Of a DNA stretch of 64,000 nt, positions 1-14,700 are shown in pieces (within the stretch, counting starts at the first letter, position 1; each line of letters opens with the position of its first letter). The notes beneath the pieces are model-generated. The model saw only the letters and a program-made list of their open reading frames with translations. It was not told the DNA's origin and did no database searches. The position numbers and the translations under genes were made by a program. The DNA is from Phoronis australis (lineage: Eukaryota > Animalia > Phoronida), in NCBI GenBank assembly GCA_002633005.1, contig NMRA01000190.1:124001-188000 (forward strand), written 5' to 3'.

Positions 1-42
1 GTGCAAACCATTCAGGCAATGGTCCATTAGCCATTGGCTAAG

Positions 43-445
43 AGTGCCCTGTTGCATGAAACCGTCCCAAATAGGGGCTTAACTATGTTCCCTAAATCTA
101 CTGCGTATTTTTGGACTTGTGAAAACATTGATTACCCTTTCTTGTATTGTTTTAGTTTCGTAACTAAGTCAACTTTTGACAAATTGAGGGTGAACTCTAT
201 GCTGAATTGTCATATTATTGAAAATAGGTCTGGTATCTTTTCATGCAACACAGCCAATTTTCAATGAACTCTGGGCTCTGCTTTGTTATATTATTAGAAA
301 ATGTCTATCCAATGAGGAGCTCATAATAAAGATGAAATGATAGAAAAACTTTACATCTGTGAATCCATAAAGACACAAATATGTAAAAAGACTTAGGGAC
401 TTTAGTTGAGTCCCTATTTGGGACCGTTTGATGCAACCGGCCACT
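43..445. mobile_element. MITE-like non-autonomous DNA transposon with ~55-bp imperfect terminal inverted repeats
   Basis: Left arm gttgcatgaaaccgtcccaaataggggcttaacta is the near reverse complement of right arm tagttgagtccctatttgggaccgtttgatgcaac; no coding capacity. Confidence 0.7.
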
Positions 446-514
446 GAGGCCCACGTGATTCACCAGAAGCACATCTACAACATTCCCCCTTTTCCTACAG
501 AACGTACATGCCTC

Positions 515-1281
515 CTGGCTGCAAATCTCGGCAACATTCTAGCGTCCAGTAACATGCCCTCAGTAACATTCTCAAATTGTGTTCTGAATCCACACCACAC
601 ACCCCCATCGGAGAGCTGCAAACCCTAGTTGGCTGTGCTTCATTGATAGATCAGCCAACTATGCCATTTGTAGCAATTTCCGAGATCACTGCGCCTGGGA
701 AAGTAAACAGCGACCCTTATAAAACGCAAGCATGCTAACCATTTAGTTAATGGGCAATCGGGTAATACTACACACCTGAAGCTTTATAGTAAGTTATGCC
801 CGGCTAAACCAATAGGTAACATTTTGAAAAATTGGAGACATTCACAGAAATGTTAGAAGCCCTTGAAAATGAAAAAAAAGTTCACTTTGGCTATTATNCT
901 GGCTGCAAATCTCGGCAACATTCTAGCGTCCAGTAACATGCCCTCAGTAACATTCTCAAATTGTGTTCTGAATCCACACCACACACCCCCATCGGAGAGC
1001 TGCAAACCCTAGTTGGCTGTGCTTCATTGGTAGATCAGCCAACTATGCCATTTGTAGCAATTTCCGAGATCACTGCGCCTGGGAAAGTAAACAGCGACCC
1101 TTATAAAACGCAAGCATGCTAACCATTTAGTTAATGGGCAATCGGGTAATACTACACACCTGAAGCTTTATAGTAAGTTATGCCCGGCTAAACCAATAGG
1201 TAACATTTTGAAAAATTGGAGACATTCACAGAAATGTTAGAAGCCCTTGAAAATGAAAAAAAAGTTCACTTTGGCTATTAT
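515..1281. repeat. 383-bp near-identical direct duplication split by a single n (898); probable assembly/haplotype overlap
   Basis: 515-897 matches 899-1281 apart from cattgataga vs cattggtaga; the junction is exactly the n. Confidence 0.85.
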
Positions 1282-1482
1282 TTTTGTCCGAAGTTGCTGA
1301 GATTTTATAAGAAATAGTTTTATTGTCGTTAATTCAAATTACAACTTTGTCTGCATCCAGTTTCGTTAAGTCAGGTGAATGTCATTGGCGCATTTTCCAT
1401 AGCAAACTTAGCTCAAAGTACTATACTTTCATTGCTTTGCTGTGTATACCTACATAGTAAAATAGGTCTCACACTCATTCTA

Positions 1483-2877
1483 CAGGGCTCGACATAACGA
1501 GCTGCAGGTCGCATTTGCGACCTGCAATTTGGAAATGCGAGCTGAAATTTTGGCCAGTTCGCATTAAGTCGCAAAATGCGACCTGGAATTTCCAACGTAT
1601 GCGCGCTGAGTTTTTAAACTTCGCGGCAGATACCTGGGAAATTCCGACCGTTATTTGGTTGTTGCCCTATCAAGTTCAAAAGAACACTCATTGAGAACAG
1701 CCGTCCCGATGACTTGTAAACATGTCACGTGAACAAGGGAATACAGAATTGGTCTTTGACACATTTTATTAACCAATAGTTTCGGATTTTTGCAAATTTC
1801 CGTATGTGCCGAAGAAAGTTTCGGATCTCGAAATAAGACGCGATAAAACGTCAGAAAGTAGCGGTGTTTCTACTAATTCTTAAACGACGAACTTATCAAG
1901 CTTAGTGGTGGAAAAACATTTATTTTTCATGTAAGATGGCCTTGATATCAAATTGCGGCAACACCCACGGCAATATGCCTGATCGCACTGCGGCACTGGT
2001 CTGTTCCACTGTTAGCGCCGGAAAGCGGTCCCGGCAGACGATCATCGTGACTTGGAAAAGTACGTCTCGTTTTTTTATCGCGAAAAACAGCGAACGTGAA
2101 AATGACAACCGAATTAATCGCCAAACGACGGGCATGCCTTTACGGGCTTTCTCAGAATAAAAGAAATCCAAACCGTCGGGAATCATTTCGAGGCATTTAT
2201 TTCATGAAAAACTAATTTTGACTACGTAAACAGCAAAAGTCCTACAATTTTTGTTGTGAAATTTGCAGTGAATTGTTTCCGCGTATCAATAGGTCATTCA
2301 GCGAGTAGGGCAACCTTCCACGGATATCTTCCGACTGTAAGGTTTTTTCAAACGTCAAGTTGCAAAGTTTGGCCTGCGAACAAATGGAAGGAATTTGCAC
2401 TCAGAGTTATCAATCTTTGGATCTTTAACGACTTTGATGACAGTCATGTAGCAAGTCAGTCTTAGAAAAGTCGCGGATACTTTTTCAACGAGTATTTTCT
2501 CCTTTTTCACGTTGCACACTTAGCTAATCGACCGCATGTGTCGGTTAGAGAGCACTGATTTAAGTTTCACGTCTGCAACTGCCTTGCGCTCCAGAAGGTT
2601 TCACTGGATGGCGGTAGTGAAGAACGGTAACGCGGTGCATGCATGATGTGCTTGTAAGAACTCAATTTTGTGGCATGAAATTTCTTAGTATTTAATGTCA
2701 TAAGAGCATAATTTAAGCATTTTCTGATGACCTATAAGCCAATTTTGGTCCGTAAAAATGGCGGGAAATTTTCGCGAACTGGAATTTATAAATCCGATCT
2801 GGATTTTAAAAATGCGACTTAGGATTTTGGGTTGGTCGCAAAATGCGACCTGGCGATTATCATAGCATCGAGCCCTG
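1483..2877. mobile_element. Non-autonomous hAT-like element, TIR CAGGGCTCGA, 5-bp TSD TTCTA
   Basis: Begins cagggctcgac and ends tcgagccctg; ttcta flanks both sides; subterminal tgcgacctg/tgcgagctg repeats. Confidence 0.85.
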
Positions 2878-4117
2878 TTCTATTGGGGACCATTTGAACA
2901 TGTAGACATTGTCAACTGTATTTTCAAAGTACCTTATGCTTGTTCCTAGATTTGTTCATTGCATGTTTTACATAATTCTTGTGCCCTGGTTTTTAAAACT
3001 AAGCTCTAAAACTCTAGAACATTATGATGAAAAAGCTGGTTGAAAAGCAGTGAAACTAATTTTCAAAGTTTTACCAGTTTGACATCGTTGGGTCAGGTTG
3101 TTAAGTTTGACCTATACGCAAACACTAAAATCAAAAATACATTTTGGCATGACGCCGTACCTGCTGATAGGATTGCTAAGTTCTGGAGTATTTCTATGGA
3201 GCCCAGTGATACCCAGCTTCATCTCTGTGTCTGAGGAACACGCCAGAGTCCATGTATTTTAACTCACTGTGATGTCTAATAGTGATCCACTGTGAATGTT
3301 ATTTTATTTAGCTGCTTTTTTATTTCTTTTTTTCCTTAGTTTAAATTCTGAGCTGTGTTTCCAATTACCTGCAAAAAGATCATTTGGAATTCCATGACAA
3401 CTCCCAACACATGTGTGCATGTGCTGAATTGTTTGTGGGATATCAAAAGAAAAACTATGAAAGTTATATGAAGAATGAAGTTTGTATGCTTTTGGAGGCT
3501 CAATAACTTTTAACTTGAAAACAAGAATACGTAAGCAACTGTGTGTGTGCTCTCTTATTTGAGAACTTTGTCTTCTGGCAAACTGCAAAATCAAAATGAA
3601 AGGTACATCTTTGTGTTGCAACAAAGTAACTAGACTAGTTTTGAGCCCTGGTTGTGTATGCGCAGTACAGTGTTCGGAGCACTGCACCATGTTTCAAAAT
3701 GTGGGTCACTGTGCAATGAATTTGTCATCACAGGGACTTGGTGTTTTCATTTGGTCAGTTCTTTGTTTATTTACGCACCACCAACACACAGCAATGGTGG
3801 AACTTAGTGGAAGATTCCCTTGCCTACTGTAAACATTGAGTGGATGTTTGTCAAGTAATCTTGAATCAAACAAACGATCACATCTTTTATTGCACACTTT
3901 TTAAACCTGTGTTGTCTATTTAATATCATGTTATTTTGTATTATCCTCATAGTCGCTATGAGATGTATCCTGTAGTGGTATCTCTTCAGGTCAAAGGTCT
4001 TATCTTGATGGATTGGTTGTCATATTAAGTGTGATGTGTTGATTGTTGTTGATTTGGATGTTAGGGTATTTTACCAATTGCCTGTGTTTGCATTGAGATT
4101 CTGGCTTGTCTCCCACT

Positions 4118-4608
4118 TAGGCCTTTATCCAGGATTTCGAAAATAGGGCGTCTAAAATGGGGTTCCCAATATTCCAGGGCGTCCATGATTCCGACGTGTA
4201 ACCCCCCCACCCCCAGCAATCACCCAGAACATACAGATTTTTTTACAAAAAATGCTTAGACCAAGGTTTTTACATCTAAGTTTACAAAACAGCCTTCTGT
4301 AGTGATCATTTTTACTAAAAAAATGTAGGCCAAGACTTTTACAATGCTATCAACCAAGTGTGAGCATAGCAACATTGTATATACTTTGTATATGCATTTT
4401 ATATTTCTTCCTGCTTTGAAAAAAAGAGCCCCAACTCTGAACCTTCAGAGACTTCCTAGTAATCATTACAATTTGTGAGTCCAAACTTGAGAGGTTCCCT
4501 ATTGACAGTGGGCGTCCAAATGATACATTGGGCGTCCTTGCCAGGGCGTCCAGATTAGTGCTAGGTCGTTCATTTGGATGCCCAGGACGTACGCTGTATA
4601 AAGGCCTG
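4118..4608. mobile_element. hAT MITE with 8-bp TSD CTCCCACT
   Basis: TIR taggcctttatccag / ctgtataaaggcctg; identical ctcccact at 4110-4117 and 4609-4616; internal gggcgtcc repeats. Confidence 0.9.
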
Positions 4609-7600
4609 CTCCCACTTTGTCTCACTGCAGATTGAGCAACATTGTAAGTTTCATGTTTTGCAGTGAAAGAGTTGTCAAATGCCAACTGACTGCACAATTG
4701 TTGGGTTATAGTCTTATATCAACCCACCATATTTTTAGAACCAGTTTTCTCCTCTGAATTGCGGGCATTAGACTAGTTCTCAAATTGTGGACACGCTGTA
4801 TCCAACTATTAGCGTGTTATGGTGAACCTCAAGTGTTGAATGTTTTGCTATGCTTTTAACTTTGTCAAATGGCCTACCTTGTTACCCATAGAATGTGAAC
4901 ATGGCTAAGTAACAAACTGCATATTTCTGTCCAAAGGTGCACGATATTAAAGCTATTAAAAATCCTAAAAAATGTCTTTCGATGTGTAGCAGAGCAATTG
5001 CCTGCAAAGGTAAATCCTGAGACAAAAAAATAAAATTATGACAATATTAACATTTCTGTCTCATCAGAGGCCCAGTTTCTGATTTCAGGAACCATATTTG
5101 AATTACATTTTTTTCCGTGAAGGTCCCATTTTGAGGTCACTTGGTCATAATAGATTACTGTCATTTTTGTGTGTCTTTGCTGATTCTTCAAGTTAATCAG
5201 GAAATTATTGGACATCCTTTTTGCAGTGACCTAAACTACCCAAAAACATACCAGTATGACCAGTGGCGCATCGTCAAGTTTTCAATCAAAACCAATATAA
5301 TTTCAGATTCTAAGTCCTGTAGCGTGTTACTCAATACCACTGACCAAAATTTCCGATCCCATTGCCCCTCTGGGATTATTCATAAAAGACTGAAATCGGG
5401 AGATACTCCTACATGAAATTTGTCCATTATTCACAACCATGAGAAAACTATTTTCAGCTAATAAAATATGCGTAATTGTTGTTTCTACTTTGCTTTCTTG
5501 CATGTGGTAAAATTTTTCATTTGCGTAAGAATCATAAATGATTAATATTAATGAAAGGGTTATAAAATCAAGTAAAGAAGTTGAGCTCAGGAGCTCAATG
5601 CATTTATATTAAATCAGGACTGATTTAATCCAAATGCATTGAGCTGTCTTAGTAGCAAAGTATTAGCTGAAAGGTTGCTCTTACCATAACAGTGTGCGCT
5701 GGTTATCCTTAGTAAAATTCAACTTGTTAAAAGTAGTTTGATAAGACAGTCTAATAAAAATGCAACAAGGTGGTAATTTTTATGAATTTATTGATTGTTT
5801 TTGCGTTGCTGACCCATGTGTGTCAAGATCTCCATAGTTTTTGGAAAATAGCAGAAACAAATTAAAAGAATCGTTACAAAAAAACTTCCTAGTGTGCTCT
5901 GGAGTTTAAAATACCAAGAGTCCCAAAAGCAATTCATGTCAAGTTGCTGTTGTGCTAGAATCGAGTGTTATTGCTGCTCTGAGAGTCTGGGATGCTTTGC
6001 TTTCTGTTGAAAAAAACTGATGCAGGGCATTTTTAAGTGGTTATAGTCTGCAGCCTACTTTATTCCACATTTTTGTCACATCTTCAATGATTGTTGTCAC
6101 TGTGATCTATCAGTGTCTTGTTTAAAATGATTTTATTGCAAACGATTTACATGGTCAGATTTTACTAATTTCTGACAAAACAAGAACATTGATTTTTCAA
6201 TCTTTTTAAATTGTCAAGTTCATTACATGCACTTGTTGCGAGAAATATTTGCTTGCTGTGGAACGCAAACAGTGAATTCTATCCCATGATTCTTGAATTC
6301 TATACCATAATTCAATATTCCATCCTCACTAACCAATCAGTTCAGTGGGCGCCATTTTGCTAGGTTGTGCTAGTGAGGTCTCATAGCAAGAAACTTGATC
6401 TACAAAACGCTACCTTAGTTTTATAGCACTGCACAGCAAGTTTGTTATTTGATGGAACATGACTTTGTAGCAGTTGGTCTCCCAACTTTTTGTGCAACTC
6501 TGTTTTCTTGTCAATTAGTGAGACAGACAGCTACAAGTTCCAGGACCTGTAGTACACCAAAAATTACAAGATCGTGCCCTGAATATTCTAGAGGTCGGGC
6601 CCATTTTATTAAAGGTCGTAAGTCCGGTCATAGCTAAGAGTATCTTGAATTTTTTTGCAAACAACTAAAACAATTCAATTCGGTTTATACGTTGAGGTTT
6701 CAACATGTATGTGATCTACAATTACGTTTAGGTCAGAATAACTGTTTTGCTGATTACAAAAAATGCCGTTCCACGTTGACAAAAACTGCTTGCAATAATC
6801 TTGACTACTTTGGTAAAACGGGTACCACGTTTTTCTCAATTTCGTAATCTAAATCGGAGATCTATGTTGTCTTCCTGCAATAACTGTCAATTCATTGGCT
6901 GCGGTATGGACGTCTGTCTTGTTAGTTAGTTGTATGGGTTTGTCAGGGGACATAATTAGCAGTAATCATCTAAGTCTGTCATTCATCTGCCGTTTCTGTG
7001 TGATGGAGATTTAACATTGCCTGCATACTGAAAACTGACCAGAGGGAGCATTGGCTTGTAAATAATACCCATGGTAAATCAATGTCTTCATAACCAACAC
7101 TGCTTAAGTGCTAAGGATCAATTGTTCAATCAGTTTCCATCAAAGAAGTTTGTTCCTCACACATAGGTGGTGATAGGACCATGTAATACGCGTAACTGTG
7201 TTATACAGCACAGTGCAGTAAGACGCAAGCACGGGAGAGCTACCTTTCCATGTTTCACATGTGAAATAACTATTTCTGTTATTTCCCATTGAAATTTGGG
7301 CAAGCCAATAATGATTAGGAATTGCTGTAGTTGTTTTACTCCTGCAAATCTGTATGTGTAACAGTCTCCTCAGCACTTTCATCTTTACTTAAGTGTTTAT
7401 CATAAAGTGCAGAATAAACGACTAGATAACAGTTATGTAGTACCCAATTGGGATGCTAACTTTTCAAACATTATATGTTTTAAACAAATTATGTTAGTGA
7501 CCTCAATAGGCTAACCAGTGGCTCATTGCTATGGTAAACAACATTCCTAGATGCAAACATGGAAAATACAAATAGAAATTTAATTTTATGCGTTGAGTAT

Positions 7601-8232
7601 ATTATAATGAAAACCTTGAAGTTATATGCTCATAAATGTTGTGGAATCTTGCTCACGAAATTTCAGACAAACGTAACGTTCAGTGTCAGTGTCGCCTGCT
7701 ATCGGCAAGCAAAACGAAATACTTATTCCTGAAGCAAGTTCATGAAAAGTTTCGCACTTCTTGAAGTCCCTTGCTGGCTTACTTCTAGGATTACCATGGC
7801 AGGCATTCTGTCCAATATTATTTTGTAATTTGAGTGACTTCTTGTGGCTAAAATGGGAAATTGTTCAAGTGGACAACAGGTGTCACTGGAAAGCATTTCA
7901 ATACCAGGTCAGTGTACTCATTTGAAACAGATAAATATATCCATTGTAGTGGTTCTGGCAGGGGCAGTGTTCACTTTTCAAATAAAAGTTAGGTGAAAGT
8001 TAGCAACAAGTTTGGAAATTTCTATTGTGGAGAAAACTGTGTTAATGAAATTCTACAAATAGGTTGCTATTAAAGCGACTACGGTATAAACCTCCCCTTT
8101 TCCAATGGATTTGACCTTTTGTATGCGACCTAGTGGCCGTTTTTATTATTTATTCGAGTTGGGTTTTATGCATATACCTCTATATATGCCAAACTACCTA
8201 AGGATAATTATGAAAATTGGTAATCCCGCATA

Positions 8233-9725
8233 CCATATTCACCCTAATAATCACCCATGCCCCTGTAAGCGCCCTCCACGCGTTTTCAGACTTCGCTGAA
8301 ATAAGTGCCCAGCCCATGAAAATGTACATGCGAAAAATGCCTTACCTAGTTCTAAAGTTCTACAGTAATGTCTTCAATTTATCAATAAGATCCGGCAGTC
8401 CTAAAAAAATCATTGTGCGCAGAATTTCTTGACCACCAGCCTTGCTGCTATGTCGGTATTTAGCCGTGACTATACACTTCAAACTTCCGCCGTGCTTCAA
8501 AAAGAACGCAAAAGTTTTACTGGTCTTGCGAGGACCGTGTTCCACTGTGGTCTGGCATTTCAGAACAGACACAGCGTACTTGTCAACGGGATTGTATCTT
8601 TCCCATACAGATTACATACCTTCTATCTCAACAAGAATCCAAATTTCTTTGTAGGCCTGCAAGTGAAAACAGCGAATCGAAGACTAATAAAAAAACTTGA
8701 CCAGTGTTAAAAGCACATGGCCAGAGAGTGCGCGTTACATACCTGTCATCACAGATATTAGTCTTAGGGAACTATCTGTTCATGAAACCGGTGGCATAAT
8801 TGGCAAGAAATAAATATTGGCACTAATTTCTGAAAGTTTCTAATACCGTAAAAAACTGTTGCTTTGTCTTTAAGAGGAATTATTTAATTAATCATAATTG
8901 GTGCTTTTAAAGTCAAATATCTGATAAAATGACCCACTGATTGTGAACACTTGAGCACCCTTACACCCGAATCTCCTGGAAAATAACTGTTAGACTGTCA
9001 AGCATCCAGTCATCCGGCGTCTCAATGACATTTAATATCAGCCTTACCGAGACTAGTCTCTGGCGTTTTTTACCAGATGATACCTGCAAGTGCTAAATAA
9101 AACACATTCTGTTTTACTGCTTGTGTTAAGTTACAATGCATAGCCAGATCGTTACATTGCATTCACTCTAGCAAATGAACTCCGATGATACCCACGCGCA
9201 GACGAACTTCAAAACAAACATCACATGACAACAACATGTGTGTTCGTCCAGAGAATTTTCTGGTGTTGTAAGGTATGATCTTGCACAGATTTGGACTTAA
9301 CCTATGGTTAATCTGGACTCCACTGGAACTTAAAAATCTTAAGGACTCTTATTTGGAAAACTTGAGGATTTCGGGTAATTTGTTGAGTCAAAACTGTATT
9401 TTTATTCAAGAATTGAAGTTCCCCTATCGACAATCGGGAGGCAGCGACGCATCAGTCAGCAAGTTTTCACCCTAGAATTTCAGCACAATTTTCTGGAAAA
9501 TGATCGTAATTTAACAACGAAGTTTGATAGCAATGCACCACAATTTTGTAGAAATCTGTAATACTGGTTACAGATAAATCAAAGAGCATGAATTTGACGA
9601 GTCCTAGTTTCAGATTTCAGCGGTTTCGGAGACCATGTTTCAACCGCCTTTAAGGCTTCAATAAGTACCCCCTCCCCGAAAATGCATTTTTCTAAGTGCC
9701 CTTGTGCTTATTAGGGCGAATACGG
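8233..9725. mobile_element. Tc1/mariner (pogo/Tigger-like) non-autonomous element with TA TSD
   Basis: ta|ccatattcaccctaataatcac ... gtgcttattagggcgaatacgg|ta; the left part recurs inverted at ~50990-51330. Confidence 0.75.
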
Positions 9726-11272
9726 TATAATAAAATGTGTCTTCTGGGAAGTGCATGATTTGTGGACAGGTGCGACTGTTGTCAGTGCTGTGACGTCGTC
9801 TAATGGGGATTTTTTGTTTTTTGACTGATCTACCATGTTTCTTGATGGATCATGAAATTTGTATATTTTCATTGAGGAGAGCAACAACTGGTATGGATTT
9901 TGGGTCAAATCTGACTACCGCAGTATTTCCTATTGGCAATTTTGATTTCCATATCATTTGTATGGGATATCTATCAAATTCCTTGGTGGAGACTTAAGAA
10001 ATTTGGCAAATAAGTTGCTATCGTGTAGACAATGACACGTACTGTTTTTGATGAATTTGACCTACGTTGTGCCCCCTAGTGGCGTTTTTATTGTCTTTGA
10101 GTCTGTTCTTTGTCGCCTCCCTACATATCCTCATAACTGTGCAAAATCATGGCGAAAGGTAGCAGGTGTGTTCCTATGGAGGAGAGCATTGCTGACTTGC
10201 TTTTCACCAGCAAGGGGCTATTTTAGTAAATACCCATTGCTTTCTTTAGTGGGAATGTTTAAAAAAATGAGCATCCGGTGTAATGGATCTGCGCAGTATG
10301 TGTTGCGCACAACGGTCATCTATCAACATATAGTGTTGCTCTGGTTTGAATTTTTATGGTCATTTGAATGAATTTTCTTAGATCTGTTGTGTAAATAGAT
10401 CTGCTCTAGGGCTGTCTCGAACCATCTGTTTCTCACTATGATGTAACGTTCTCAAGTTATTCAAAATTTTTTGACGATTGCTCTTTTATTGATTGATTTT
10501 CATAGTATTGCTCCCATGTCCTACGACAGATTTGCTTGAAATTTAGTGTGGGAAGATCTCTTCATGAGCTACAAGGGATTTTGTAGCTGTTTCTCTCTCC
10601 CACTTATTGTTCTTGAGTTATTCGAAATTGATAACTTAAGGTCTGGTGCTGTTATGCTTCTCGGGCTTTAGTGCAGTACATAGTTGTCTCAGGAATTTAC
10701 ATTTAACTCATCAAATTCGGACACTAGGTGGCACTGTGATGACTGTTATATTAATTTTGATGTTGTGGAATAGAAGCTCTGTGGTCTAATGGGAGATTCT
10801 GCATTGGTGTGCCTAGGTCCCACTGGGTCATGGGCCATTTTGGTACGATCAGTGTTAGTGCCGTTATCGTTTTTGGTTTTGTCAAGTTTGGTGTTGGTTT
10901 CACGATAGTACTTTCAATATTTGTGCCTTCCTCATTCATGACTTGATCCAGTGCCCTCAATGCCTTAATTTTGGGGCCGAACGTTAGCACTAGTCCGATG
11001 TTCTCCACAGCCTGTTTTGACATGTTTGTTTGTATCACATCAGGTTTGATCCTGTTTGATTGTGCGTAGAGGTAAAAGTAGCCACTGTCAAAATTCAGCA
11101 CTTGAGCAATGAAGGAAGCATCAGGATTATTCATATAAGGAACCTAAAATCTACAGAAATTAATCATAACAGCAGAAGTACCATGCCGAAGTCAAAAGCC
11201 CATGCCGTGTGCACTTATGGTGACCCTTATTGTTTCAGTAGTAGAGTAATGCATAGCCCACAGACTGGCATG

Positions 11273-11700
11273 TATGGGAACCCAAAGCAGAAACAATTCC
11301 AGGACACAAATTGTCTGTTTAAGAATGAAATTCTCTGCTGGGTCAAAAAATATGCTCAAAACCAAAATTTATCTCGCCAGGGTCTAAGTTAAACACACCA
11401 GGACTTAAAATTTATCACGCTGGGACACAAAATTTATTTTATTATGTCAGAAAATTTTCACAGAAATTTCACCTGTCACATGGTCTCCTGGCAGGAAATT
11501 CTTTCCTGGCATGATAATTTTTTGTTTCCTGGCGTGATAAATTTTCGGTCCTGGCATGTTAAAGTTTGGAACTGAAATGATAAATTATAGGATCTGGTGG
11601 CATAAATTTTGGTTTTGAATATATTTTTGGTCCTGCTGAGAATTTAATTCTTGAATAGAAAATTTGTGTCCGGGAATTTTTTCGGCTTCGGCTTTCCATA
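11273..11700. mobile_element. Fold-back MITE with long imperfect inverted arms
   Basis: tatgggaacccaaagcagaaacaattccaggacacaaatt pairs with aatttgtgtccgggaattttttcggcttcggctttccata; complementarity continues about 150 bp inward. Confidence 0.7.
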
Positions 11701-14700
11701 GTCATGAGAGGTCTGGGGACTAGGCAGGAATGTTGATTTGTGACTTTCATAGACCATCTGTCCAAATGTTCGCTGACTGGTAAACTGCAATATTGATTAA
11801 GTCTAGCCTGCCTGCAAGGGTTTGCCGGTAAACAACACAACCACTTTGCGTTGGAAGATACTGCCAGATTCAAAACTAGCATAAAAATCAGTTTGGTGTG
11901 GTCGAAAAAAATCATCTTCAATTACAATTTTTCTTATAGACTAGTTCAGCATGACCATGCTATACAAGTTGGTCAGTCTTGTTTTCGCATTCTTCCGTAG
12001 GTACGGTTATCTTACCAGAACAAGCCAGAAAATTATAGATAATATTTATACTTCTTTAATTGTCATACCCATGAATGAGTTTGTGTTCACGGTGGATAAT
12101 CACAGAAATGAAATCAACCTTATTTTCAGATTTCACTCTAAATGAGTAGGCATGGTTATTGGCAGTACACTAGACTTGTGTTGTATACTACCAAGAAAAT
12201 TTGGCGAACTTGTCATAGTAACAACCCTTTTCCCTCTGGGGTGAGCAGTGACCAACTATGTTCAAATACAATGATGTCTTTGTCACTTTTAATTGTGTTT
12301 TTGTTGGTATTGTCCGTGTTGTTGACAGATGTGGTCTTGGAGGTTGTTCTCTGTAGTTATTGTATCTGTTGTCAATTATGGTGAAGTTACCTTGGTCTTC
12401 ACTCCTTTTTCAGACAATGTTGCCAAATGTCATTCCATCAGAGCACTTTCATTTGTATATTTATATGATGTCCTAGTTTGCATTCGACATTTTAGATAAT
12501 AACTTTTGATCTTGTTTCTCCTACAATTTCCTGATTTGTCTGCATACGAAATGGCCATTAGCTATCATGACACGCATTGTGTTTTATAAAATCAATAAGT
12601 AGTCTATTGTGAAGTGCAGGGGGTCTTAGCTGGAAGGTTTTTCCTCTTAGTTTCCAGGGTATGACCTAGTATTGTCCTCATTCAGTTATCAATGTCAGAC
12701 AATGCAATTTTTTCAGTTGAGTACTTTGAAGCATTAAAGTGATGGTGGTCTCACACAGCTAACCTGTAAGGCCCTGGTCAGCCATCTGCTCCTACTTTGA
12801 ACCGTGCTCCAGAACATGGATCGACTCTTCCACCGGAACATACCCGAACATGAAGCCATGCATTCGAACTGCAAAGTCAGTCACTCAGACAAAATTTGAA
12901 TGATCATCAAATCACTTTTATGAACCACATGAAAGAATGACGCTAGTTGATTTTGCTGTTGGCATGCGGGGTTCTTTATTCAACATTTGATGCTGTTGTT
13001 AGTTACTATGATTCACTAGTTCAAGCATAGGATTTATTGTTCTGTCATATGATGCGATGTTTGTTTGTGCATATGATTGACTAGTATCCTTGAAATGATA
13101 TTTGTTCGTTTTGATTTGGCAATATTTTTTACTGGAAGTGCACTGATTGTCCCTTAACCCAAAGCCCCGTTCACACTACAAAAGTTGACACGGATAAGTT
13201 GGCACGGTTGCAACTCTGCACTTATCTCTAAATGACTTGTCACACCCTGCGTGGTGTCAATTTTGACACCATCCTTTGAGGTAGAGTAACTTGCTCTGGA
13301 TCATCTTATTGCGTGTTAACTATTTGTGTTAATGCATAACTGGGGCAAGGCAGGTGCAATCATATTATTGTTGCGCAGAACTAGTATATATGAGTGACCA
13401 TTTTTGCCCTAGATATGCAAAATCTCGCATCATTTTCTCTTTCTCAACATAAAGTGCAACTCCGGCCAGTTGTAACCTTGAGCAAGTACAGTCCTCATTC
13501 TTGCCTTGCCACTGTTTCTGTGGCCGCTTGACAGCAATCATCTTGTACCATGTGAGTTTGTTCCAAGTCACAGTTAAGATCTAAACAGGGCTTAAGCTAT
13601 TAAAAAGTTTTGTTTGCATTAACAAAATATTTGTTCTGGGTCAGGATTGACCATTAAGTTATGAAATTGTAAATGGTCAAGTAAAATTGACATTTTCGTA
13701 ACTTGTCAAGTTTACTATATGTATGGTAAGTCCAGGATCAGATTATTAAGCTTGAATATATTACTAGAATGTCAGTAAAATGATGTATAAGGTAACATGC
13801 ATCCTCCTCAGTTCACCTTGCCTTATGTGGAAAATGTTTCAGTGATGCAAAGCTGATGATTGCCCTCGACTTTCTCGTATGGAAAACGGTAATGCATGTG
13901 TTAAAATCTCGCCAATCTCCTACAAAATAAATGCTATGATAATCGGTTTTTCATTTCTTAATGCTATGTACGTAATTTGAAATGTGGGTAATTGTTCACA
14001 ACATTTTCTGATGGTAATCACGTTACAAAACTTGAAAATCGTAAGGAATTGCTTAATTTGACAATCCGCAGGTCGTCAGTGCGCCCGCTGATTTTATTTA
14101 GCGATGTGGTAAAAATCCTAAGTCACCGCTAAGTCGTCACATATACAGCCTATAATGGCACATGTACAGACAATAGTTCTTGAGCACCTGCTTTTTTCTT
14201 AGGAGTTATGTCTTCGCAGGATGTTGAGTATGAGGAAGAAATTGGTCATTACCATTTACCAACTGCATGAAATATGTACCTAATTTTTTGTTTGACTAAA
14301 AAATCTTAGATCTCTCAATCTTGGGTGCTACAGCGGACAGTTACCTTCAATTTCTCATTTTTGATTATTACATCTAAGCCTTTTTATAGGGGCCAGGACG
14401 TTCAGACCCCGCATTCTGTGTTTCCTTATTTAGGGGAGCTTATTATTTCCCATTTGGTGCCCTGTGAATTTTGGCAAGTCACATTTGGCGAGTAGCTATG
14501 GTACTTACCATTTACAAAAAATTGAGAAAATTTTGCTTCTAGAATTGTTAAGATGTTTACCATAGTAGCAGTTTAGCCGTAACCTGGCTAGAGTTCCGTG
14601 GGCTCTAAGATTCTTGTGAAGGAAGATAGTGTAATCTGGTGGTTGGCTTGTAATACATGACAATATCTTGTGTTTTTGCATTTGGTTCTCGTGCCTATTG

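Noticed and set aside
515-1281. Tandem duplications at 515-1281, 50547-51133 and 60223-61221 as real segmental duplications
   Set aside because: Each is joined at a single n and differs only by allele-like SNPs or indels, typical of unmerged overlapping contig ends in a heterozygous assembly
11951-11980. MTMLYKLVSL as the missing first Ras exon (MTEYKLVVVG)
   Set aside because: Only MT and YKLV match, spacing is wrong and no donor follows
12764-12868. Minus-strand exon-like 105-nt segment with acceptor and donor
   Set aside because: No recognisable protein in any frame and no partner exons; it may be a MITE relic
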